This document shows positions 10,333-17,304 of a DNA stretch of 64,000 bases, piece after piece. The position numbers were made by a program, and so were the translations under genes. The notes beneath the pieces were generated by a model. It saw nothing but the letters and a program-made list of their open reading frames with translations, did no database searches and was not told the origin of the DNA. This stretch comes from an uncultured Pseudomonadales bacterium (GTDB lineage: Bacteria; Patescibacteriota; Microgenomatia; UBA1400; Chazhemtobacteraceae), in contig CAZUBK010000002.1 of assembly GCA_964618725.1 (NCBI GenBank), positions 3,992 through 67,991 of the forward strand, in the 5' to 3' direction. Position 1 is the first letter of the stretch, and the number at the start of each line of letters is the position of its first letter.

Positions 10333-11028
10333 ATGGAGTCAAAGGGAAGAAAGATACATGCACAAGCCGAGGTTGCTCGAGAAAAAGGAGAGTTTGTCGA
10401 GGCTTTGAAATTTACTGATGAAGCGATGGTGGTGTACCAAGAAGAAGGAGACAGGCTGGGATTCTCAGAGGTTCAGGCGTCGAGATTCTTGACGTTACGT
10501 CATTTATACGAGAAAACAGATTGGCGAGGGTATTTAATTTTGGCAAAACAGAATGCAGAAGCATCGGTTGAGTTGGCAGAAGCAAGTGGAGATTTAAAGA
10601 CGCTTGCATTACCTTACTTCAATCTGGCAAAAGCCCGGGAAGAGCTGGAGCAGTATCATGAGGCAATTGAGTCATACAAGAAGGCGATTGAGAATATGGA
10701 GAAGAACCCAGCGGAGCAACATAATCGGGCAGGAGTAATAGCAGATATGAAGGAACACCTGGCGGTGTGTGAATACAAAACGGGGGACAAAGAAGCGATT
10801 GGGCGGGCGGAGGAGGCAATCGCCGAGCTGGCGGGAATAAATGAAGAGAAATACAACAAAGATGTCTGGATGTCGGGTGGATATATAAGGATAGCGGAAG
10901 TGTTAAAGAAAGATGATCCTAAGAAAGCGAGAGAGCATTTAGAAAAAGCCAGAGAAATCATTGACGCCAATCCGGAGCTGGTATTAAGAAAAAAGCAGTG
11001 GGAGAAGTTGGCAGCGAGCTTTGAGTAA
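10333..11028 (+). CDS. TPR-repeat protein
   Basis: Repeated TPR-like helices (YFNLAKAREELEQYHEAIESYKKAIE); start at ATG 10333. Confidence 0.75.
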   Translation: MESKGRKIHAQAEVAREKGEFVEALKFTDEAMVVYQEEGDRLGFSEVQASRFLTLRHLYEKTDWRGYLILAKQNAEASVELAEASGDLKTLALPYFNLAKAREELEQYHEAIESYKKAIENMEKNPAEQHNRAGVIADMKEHLAVCEYKTGDKEAIGRAEEAIAELAGINEEKYNKDVWMSGGYIRIAEVLKKDDPKKAREHLEKAREIIDANPELVLRKKQWEKLAASFE

Positions 11029-11070
11029 TCGGGTTTTCAGAGTTATTTTATTTCATGGTAGCATGAAGGC

Positions 11071-11421
11071 ATGACCGGGACAATTGTTGTGGGAGTGATC
11101 ATTTCGTTGATGTTTTTAGTGTCTTTTACAGAGTGGTTCTATCATATCGCTGCTGGAGTTAACGAGGTGGCAGTTCGCGATTTGTTTTTTTTCTACCGGA
11201 TTGGAGGATGGATAGTAGGAGGAATTTTGTTCATAGGAGGAGTCTTTTGGATTTTGGCGCTTACCAATGAATGCCCAGTGGTGGGTCGGGAGAGGGTGGG
11301 GATTTTTAGATATCTTAACTGCGATGTCTACTGGGAAATGAGAAGTTTTGTGGAAGGAAAGTCGGTGCCCTTACTTATGGAAGAGGCTGCCAACAAGTCT
11401 CCCAAACTTGACGACAAGTGA
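11071..11421 (+). CDS. Small hypothetical membrane protein
   Basis: Two TM segments; TAGCAT 6 nt before ATG; overlaps the convergent gene by 51 bp. Confidence 0.5.
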   Translation: MTGTIVVGVIISLMFLVSFTEWFYHIAAGVNEVAVRDLFFFYRIGGWIVGGILFIGGVFWILALTNECPVVGRERVGIFRYLNCDVYWEMRSFVEGKSVPLLMEEAANKSPKLDDK

Positions 11422-11718
11422 GAAGACGAGACGTTGGATTAAGGGTTGTTGTGAACCGACGTGATGGGAGTATTTCTTGTAGGCGCCGGAGTGGGTTTCT
11501 TTGGTATAGGTGGTGAGGATGAGCCATTGATTGTCTTGGGGTTTGGCGACGATACAGACAAGTTTGCCACCGAAGTTCTTGTAGAATTTGTAGCTGCCGT
11601 CCCGGGAATTCTCGGTATTGTCGGGGTGGCGAAGGGTCGACCAGACCTCGTTGTCGCCGATGCCACGTTGTTTACTTCTTTCTTCAACGTGTTTGGTCCA
11701 GATAAAGTTGTCAGGCAT
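11371..11718 (-). CDS. DUF4258-like (RelE-fold-related) protein
   Basis: IWTKHVEERSKQRGI...TLRHPD...WLILT pattern. Confidence 0.65.
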   Translation of the reverse strand: MPDNFIWTKHVEERSKQRGIGDNEVWSTLRHPDNTENSRDGSYKFYKNFGGKLVCIVAKPQDNQWLILTTYTKETHSGAYKKYSHHVGSQQPLIQRLVFSLVVKFGRLVGSLFHK

Positions 11719-11729
11719 AGATCAGTAGA

Positions 11730-12146
11730 TTATCCCTGCGTTAGGTCGGGGTTCTCCTTGGGAACAGGAGGTAGGCTAGGGTTTTGGGCAACCGGGGTGG
11801 AAGGGAGTGGAGTGATTGGTGCAACGACAGATGGAGTAGGAGGCGTAACAACAGGGGGAGTGACTCCTAGGCCACCAACGGCTTGATTGAGGTCTTGTTG
11901 AGCAGAGGCAATATCAACGGGGGGTAGAGATGCCGGAGGAGTTGAAGTTACGAGTGGAGTGACTGAAGGAGTGGGGATTGGAGGAGCAGCCGGAGTAGGA
12001 GAAACGGGAGGTATATCAAAGGGAGTAGCAGGAGTGGAATTGATAGGAAGTGTCGTGGTGTCCATTGGGGGAGTAGTGGGGATTGTGGGTAGTACGTTTG
12101 GAGTACTGATATTGGTGGCGTTTGGGTCTTGGGTGTTTGGATCCAT
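11730..12146 (-). CDS. Pro/Thr-rich disordered hypothetical protein
   Basis: Low-complexity ORF; TTGACA-N18-TACCAT promoter upstream. Confidence 0.65.
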   Translation of the reverse strand: MDPNTQDPNATNISTPNVLPTIPTTPPMDTTTLPINSTPATPFDIPPVSPTPAAPPIPTPSVTPLVTSTPPASLPPVDIASAQQDLNQAVGGLGVTPPVVTPPTPSVVAPITPLPSTPVAQNPSLPPVPKENPDLTQG

Positions 12147-12228
12147 TTGGGATTAGTTTTTATTAGTGACTAAGGGCCATGGTACGGGAAAAGAGAGGTA
12201 GGTGTCAAGAACCGGCAATGAGACCTGT

Positions 12229-13011
12229 TTATTTCAGCCAGTTAGTAGTTGTAACTTTATGCAAGGCTACTTCTAGTTTGGTGATGAATTGCTCTAATCT
12301 CTCTATTCTTGTTTTTGGTGTTTTTTTGTTTTCTATCGTTGAATGTGCCTTCAAAAGATCATCAATGGTCGGATCGTTTATCTTATGTCCGTACATTTCT
12401 CCTGATACCAACCAACCCTGACTAGTGATCCCCAACCCTCCCCGTTCATGTCTATTGGGTACGACCAAAATCTCTGTCACCCATTTTCCTTCATTGATTT
12501 CGTCTACTATTATCAACGCCTCGACCAATGAACTAACCAGTTCTTCAGTTCGTGCCTCTAGAATTTTCTTTGTTTCTTTTTCTATCTCTAGCTGTTTTAG
12601 TCTTTCTAGTTCCCCACTCAGAGAATCCAGAAAATCTTGGACGACATCGTCCCAATGGTCTTTGAGATATTTTTCGGGTAAGGAACTTAGCTTAGGTAGA
12701 TCATTTTTGAGTATTCTGGCTGCTTCTTTTAAGCTGATAAAATCGTCGTCATCGATACTCAAGTAGGCCATAAGAAGCACATCCCAATCCCATTGGTCAT
12801 TGTCCGCTATTTTTGTTTCAATACTGGGAAACTCTTTGTCGGCGCTGAAGACAGTCCACCAAGTACCGTCTTTTTTTAGGACTAAGCTTTCACCCATTTG
12901 ATGAGCTATAAAGGCATAGATTTCATTGCTTTTGTCTAACTGTCCTAAAATCTCATTTGCCTGAACAGTTAATTGTACTTCCCGGTCGCTTTGTCTTTCT
13001 TTTTCTTTCAT
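12229..13011 (-). CDS. Hypothetical protein
   Basis: 260 aa ORF; TTGACA-N17-TACTTT promoter 6 nt before ATG. Confidence 0.65.
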   Translation of the reverse strand: MKEKERQSDREVQLTVQANEILGQLDKSNEIYAFIAHQMGESLVLKKDGTWWTVFSADKEFPSIETKIADNDQWDWDVLLMAYLSIDDDDFISLKEAARILKNDLPKLSSLPEKYLKDHWDDVVQDFLDSLSGELERLKQLEIEKETKKILEARTEELVSSLVEALIIVDEINEGKWVTEILVVPNRHERGGLGITSQGWLVSGEMYGHKINDPTIDDLLKAHSTIENKKTPKTRIERLEQFITKLEVALHKVTTTNWLK

Positions 13012-13095
13012 ATTGTTAAAGTAACACTAAGGAAAAATTCTGTCAAGGTTGATTGAAATATTCTTATAAACAAGTGGGCAGTGAGAATAAAGAAA

Positions 13096-13386
13096 TTATC
13101 TTTCTAGGAAATGAATCTCTAGTTTTTTGTCTAAAGCATGGGCGATTTTTTCGATGAGTGAGATGGAGGGGTTAACAGCCATGGATTCTATACGAGAGAT
13201 TACGGCCTGGGTAGTTTTGGCTTTTTTAGCTAGTTCACGTTGAGAAACATTGCTCTTTATTCTTGATTGAATTATTTCTCTGACTAATTGATACTGTGTC
13301 TCACTAGCCTCCCATTCTTTTTTAAAGTCAGGGTCTTTAAGCTGTTTTTTTAGATAGTCCTCGAAATTGGTCATTTGGTTAGTCAT
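13096..13386 (-). CDS. XRE-family HTH protein (HigA-like antitoxin, no toxin adjacent)
   Basis: LKDPDFKKEW...SQRELAKKAKTTQAVISRIES..NPS. Confidence 0.85.
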   Translation of the reverse strand: MTNQMTNFEDYLKKQLKDPDFKKEWEASETQYQLVREIIQSRIKSNVSQRELAKKAKTTQAVISRIESMAVNPSISLIEKIAHALDKKLEIHFLER

Positions 13387-13392
13387 GTGCCT

Positions 13393-13414
13393 ATGATATC
13401 TGATTAGATATCAT
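13393..13414. promoter_or_regulatory. Palindromic operator overlapping the -10 box of the HTH gene
   Basis: Perfect 9-bp arms ATGATATCT-GATT-AGATATCAT. Confidence 0.65.
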
Positions 13415-14646
13415 CATACAAGTTCTCTAACTCTCCCGAATCCAATGCTGTCAGGAACGTGAGTGTCAGCTAGAAGGGCGGGGGTTGAAGCAATGGTCAG
13501 TTCTCCCCAAGTAGAGTTGATTTTATCAATGGCGGAGGTCAAGTGGGAGTCTTTAAGGCGATCGGTAAAAAGGCTTAATTGGAGTTGAGAAAAAGAGGAG
13601 AGAGCAAAGCAATTAACGGCAGTATGTTTGACAAATGAGTGCTTTGGGGCGGAGCGTAGAAGAGTCTTGAGTAGATGAAGAGCAGTTTTGTCATCAAAGA
13701 AAGGCTCTTTGACAGTGAGATATTGGTGAAAGGGAAGGGCATCTTTATATCCCAGATAAAGGGAAAGTCCTTTGGCCTGAAAGTTTTTTTGACGCATCCG
13801 GCGAGTGGCTTTTTGGAGAAGCTGACTCAAAATGGGAATAGTTTGGGGGAGGGGGAGCGGCTTTGGCAAGACAAAGGAGTGACCAAAGCTTTTGGGGGCT
13901 TGCTCGGTGAAGCTGACCTGAATACCTCTGAGTCTCAGGCGCCAATATTGAGCAGCAGCCGAACCGAGAGCACTTTTGAGAAGATCTAGGGGGGCGTGGT
14001 AGAGATCCAGAACTGTGGTAATACCAATTGGGTAAAGGTGAGAAGCGAGGCGGTGATTAATACCGCAAAGATCGGTCACCTTAAGGGAAGAATAGAGAGA
14101 TAAATAATTGTCTTTATTAATGACGATTAAGCCATTGGGCTTTTGGATACCAGCGGCAATTTTGGCTAAGTAACTGCTGGGAGCAAGACCAATAGAGACG
14201 GTGATATAGTCGCCGATTTCCTTTTTTATCCGATCCTTTATATCTAGGGCAATATAATGCAGATCTTGATCTAGTTGTTGATTGAGAGTTAGGTCAAGAT
14301 TGAACTCATCGATCGACCAGGCGGAGACGAGATGGGTGTAACTAAGGAGAAGTTGTTTGAGAAGTTTATGAACATGGCGATATTTGTCGGGGTCAGGCAA
14401 CAGACAATTGAGTTTGGGACAAAGAGCGAGGGCTTCTTTTAAACGGGTGCCAGTTTTGATACCTAAAGCTTTGGCTTCGTAAGAAGCAGCAAGAATACAA
14501 CCAGAGGGGCCGAACCGGGCAACTACAGCAGTGGGAAGACCGCGAAGATGGGGATTGGCTTGTTGCTCGATGGTGGCAAAACAGGAATTGATATCGACAT
14601 GGAGAAAAGCGACAGGGGAGGCGGTGAAATCAGCCAACTTGTCCAT
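13414..14646 (-). CDS. dinB: Y-family DNA polymerase IV
   Basis: HVDINSCFATIE, AASYEAKALGIKTG, SIDE, LAKIA...KPNG. Confidence 0.9.
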   Translation of the reverse strand: MDKLADFTASPVAFLHVDINSCFATIEQQANPHLRGLPTAVVARFGPSGCILAASYEAKALGIKTGTRLKEALALCPKLNCLLPDPDKYRHVHKLLKQLLLSYTHLVSAWSIDEFNLDLTLNQQLDQDLHYIALDIKDRIKKEIGDYITVSIGLAPSSYLAKIAAGIQKPNGLIVINKDNYLSLYSSLKVTDLCGINHRLASHLYPIGITTVLDLYHAPLDLLKSALGSAAAQYWRLRLRGIQVSFTEQAPKSFGHSFVLPKPLPLPQTIPILSQLLQKATRRMRQKNFQAKGLSLYLGYKDALPFHQYLTVKEPFFDDKTALHLLKTLLRSAPKHSFVKHTAVNCFALSSFSQLQLSLFTDRLKDSHLTSAIDKINSTWGELTIASTPALLADTHVPDSIGFGRVRELV

Positions 14647-14884
14647 CGGAGATCTCTTCTAATTGCCAGGTTAAGTTCTCGGTATTGAGTTTGAGGCGAA
14701 AGAAGAAGTGATGACTAATAAAAGAGAAGACGTGATAGAGGGTATTGCCAAGACGATATGAGTGGCGGAGACCAAGTTTGGTGACGGGATAAGAGCGGCC
14801 GCGCCAAATTAAAGACTTGGGCCAGATTTGATGGAGATCAAAAAATAAATTGACGGAGACTGGTTCGGATATTCTTTGGATCAT
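14630..14884 (-). CDS. Small beta-rich protein translationally coupled to dinB
   Basis: PKSLIWRGRSYPV...FRLKLNTENLTWQL; overlaps the dinB start. Confidence 0.7.
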   Translation of the reverse strand: MIQRISEPVSVNLFFDLHQIWPKSLIWRGRSYPVTKLGLRHSYRLGNTLYHVFSFISHHFFFRLKLNTENLTWQLEEISDGQVG

Positions 14885-14890
14885 GCTCTA

Positions 14891-14920
14891 GTTTTAGTCC
14901 AAACAAGACCCGAATGTCAA
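14891..14920 (-). promoter_or_regulatory. Promoter of the dinB cassette with a candidate direct-repeat operator
   Basis: Minus strand TTGACA-TTCGG-N6-TTTGG-AC-TAAAAC-N6-ATG. Confidence 0.5.
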
Positions 14921-14926
14921 GAAGAG

Positions 14927-14950
14927 AAAAATCCCCCGATTAGGGGGATT
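14927..14950 (-). terminator. Intrinsic terminator of the CapA-family gene
   Basis: AATCCCCC-N5-GGGGGATT hairpin followed by a T-run on the minus strand. Confidence 0.6.
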
Positions 14951-15977
14951 GAGGAAAGAAGGGCTGGCCGTAATCCCTGATTTGAATTGGAATCAGATTG
15001 TAGGTAATTAGCTGGCTATCTTGGAAGGTAAGGCTGGCAAGTTGACCCTTGGTGGTGGCCTCTGACCACATTTGGTCAAAGACGAAGTTGCCCAAAGAAT
15101 AGAAGATGAGCTTGCCACGGTACTTTTCGACGGTTTGCGGTACATGGGGATGGGTGCCAATGATAAGGTCAGCACCAGACTCGATGGCGAGGTGGCCCAA
15201 GTTAATTTGGTTAGAGTTAGGCTTAATTTGATACTCTTGCCCCCAGTGGAAGCTGACAATGAGAATGTCGACTTGTGAATTGGCGGCTTTGATGCGGTCG
15301 ACAACTTCGGAGTCGCTGATAACAAAGTGATCGGCGCGTTGCCTAATGCGATTGAAGCCCAGAAAACCAAACTTGATACCGGAGTGGTCGATGATAACCA
15401 AGTGATCCTGGTCGCTTGGCTTGATGCCGGCTGTCTCGAGGGCTTCTATAGTAGAAAGGTAGCCCTTAGAGTAATGATCTTCAGAGTGATTATTGGCAAT
15501 ATTGACGACATCGATGCCGGCGTAAACCAATCCCGAAGTGGTTTGGGTAGGAGCACAGAAGACCATGCTAGAGTCATCGATTGGACAGGGATCAATTAGG
15601 GGATTCTCTAAATTTATTAGGGTGATATCAGCAGTGGAGAGAATCGTCCGTACCTCTTGGAAGGGCCAAGTATAGTCGGGACCCTTTCTTTGAATCTGGT
15701 GATTAACAGTACGTCCTAACATGACGTCACCAGTGGCGAGGATAGTAGTAATGATGGGTTTCGGAGTCGGAACAGCAGTGGGAGTAGGAAGAAGAGGGGT
15801 CAGAGTAGCAGGGAATACTGTAGGTGGGAGAATAGAGGTGGGAATAATTGTAGAAGCTGAGTTGGGTGTATTTGTCTGTGATGGAGGTAATGGAGTCGAT
15901 GTGTTTTCTGGGGATAAGTTTGTTGTACATCCGGTGAGAACCAAAGCAATTAAGCTGAATAAGAATAGATGTTTCAT
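14940..15977 (-). CDS. CapA/PGA_cap family metallophosphoesterase lipoprotein
   Basis: Lipobox LTGC; GDVMLGR, INLENP, ANNH, HWGQEY, GTHPHV, YSLGNFVFDQ. Confidence 0.9.
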   Translation of the reverse strand: MKHLFLFSLIALVLTGCTTNLSPENTSTPLPPSQTNTPNSASTIIPTSILPPTVFPATLTPLLPTPTAVPTPKPIITTILATGDVMLGRTVNHQIQRKGPDYTWPFQEVRTILSTADITLINLENPLIDPCPIDDSSMVFCAPTQTTSGLVYAGIDVVNIANNHSEDHYSKGYLSTIEALETAGIKPSDQDHLVIIDHSGIKFGFLGFNRIRQRADHFVISDSEVVDRIKAANSQVDILIVSFHWGQEYQIKPNSNQINLGHLAIESGADLIIGTHPHVPQTVEKYRGKLIFYSLGNFVFDQMWSEATTKGQLASLTFQDSQLITYNLIPIQIRDYGQPFFPQSP

Positions 15978-16082
15978 CTTGCCTACTCTATACCAACTAA
16001 GCTAAGAACGTTAAGGAGCGATTAGGGCATTCTAAAGGAAAAAGCAGAAAACCGCAGTGGGAACTGCGGCTAGATTTTAAGG

Positions 16083-16553
16083 TCAAACCCCTGGAAAGTT
16101 GGGATTGATTAGAATAAGAATTATTTCGATCCCCTTTGGTTTTATTTCTTCCTGGAAATTAGTTTTGACACATTCTTCAATGGAGATATCACTATCTAAT
16201 TCCGGATTCATACTGTGCACAGATCCACAAGTTTCGAATGCAAACTTCATGGTTTGTTCTGTCTTTTGGATTAGTTGATCGGCGGTGAGATCCTTGCCGT
16301 AATAATTTCTTGTCATTTCATTATTGCGGGGCATTATATCAATTACAGCCTTAATATGGATGCTAAAACCCAGATAACTGTCTCTCGTGGAAACATAATC
16401 GTCAACAATCAGACGATGAGAAGTATTCTGTTGTTCTATTTCAGCCTTGATATTTTGGTCAGCTTTGTATCCCTGCCAGAAAAAATAAAGCCCAACCGCT
16501 CCTATGACTAAAGAAAGTGCGAACAAGGATCTAGAAACAAATTTAACTTCCAA
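16083..16553 (-). CDS. Hypothetical single-TM protein
   Basis: TTGAAA-N17-TATACT promoter, AAAGGAG SD, TTG start at 16553, downstream hairpin at about 16052-16069. Confidence 0.6.
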   Translation of the reverse strand: MEVKFVSRSLFALSLVIGAVGLYFFWQGYKADQNIKAEIEQQNTSHRLIVDDYVSTRDSYLGFSIHIKAVIDIMPRNNEMTRNYYGKDLTADQLIQKTEQTMKFAFETCGSVHSMNPELDSDISIEECVKTNFQEEIKPKGIEIILILINPNFPGV

Positions 16554-16654
16554 ATGAACACTCCTTTGTAGATCTTCTGTTAGAGGAGTATACACCAGAA
16601 TGAATCTCTTTTCAAGTTATGGGACGGAGTATCTCATTCAGTTGCCGGATCGGA

Positions 16655-16673
16655 ATTCATGTGACATTTTTTG
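16655..16673 (-). repeat. 19-bp direct repeat, distal copy of the secA 3' end
   Basis: ATTCATGTGACATTTTTTG, identical to 17332-17350; reads FKKCHMNSDPATE* on the minus strand. Confidence 0.85.
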
Positions 16674-16753
16674 AAGTGTTGGGCAAATAGGGAACCAAAC
16701 ACCATTCTGAATATTGGAAACGGAATTTGAATTAGTTGGTGTAATATCTAGGA

Positions 16754-17256
16754 ATGAATGTGAAGGAATTTGAGAGTGAATCTACAATATCACTTAAGAA
16801 AGCTACTCTCCTATTGTTGGTTCGCGAAGGCGAAGTTCTATTGGCTATGAAAAAGAGAGGTTTTGGTATGGGTAAGTGGAATGGGTTGGCGGAAAACCAA
16901 ATCCAGGAGAAGAAATCTTTGAAACAGCAATTAGAGAATCGGAAGAGGAAATTGGAGTAACACCCATAGACACCCGGCATATAGCTATATTTAAATACTA
17001 CTTTCCTCATGACAACTTTGGGATGGAGGTCTGGGTTTTTACAGCATCTGAGTGGCACGGAGACCCAGTTGAATCAGAGGAAATGAAACCACAGTGGTTT
17101 GAGATTGGAAATATTCCATATATAGAAATGTGGTCTGGTGATGAGATTTGGATGCCTAAAGTACTATCAGGTTCCTTTTTGAAAGGTAGCTTTATCTTTA
17201 ATGAAGAGGGTGGAGTAGTTGACCATTACATTGAAGAGCTAAATCCTATTGGCTAA
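16754..17256 (+). pseudogene. NUDIX hydrolase (MutT/MTH1-like) split by a 1-nt frameshift
   Basis: LLAMKKRGFGMGKWNG in frame 1 continues as VGGK..GE....AIRESEEEIG in frame 2; one extra G at 16883-16885 restores the ORF. Confidence 0.85.
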
Positions 17257-17304
17257 GACGTAAAATTCAAAAAGGAAATTCTTTGTGATGTTTTGACTAG
17301 TGTT

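Noticed and set aside
11730-12146. Repetitive-looking DNA (GGAGT/GGAG runs) as a possible CRISPR or tandem array
   Set aside because: Explained by Pro/Thr codons; no fixed repeat-spacer period and no cas genes
14940-15977. Poly-gamma-glutamate capsule locus
   Set aside because: Only a CapA-family gene is present, without capB or capC; solo CapA-domain genes are common
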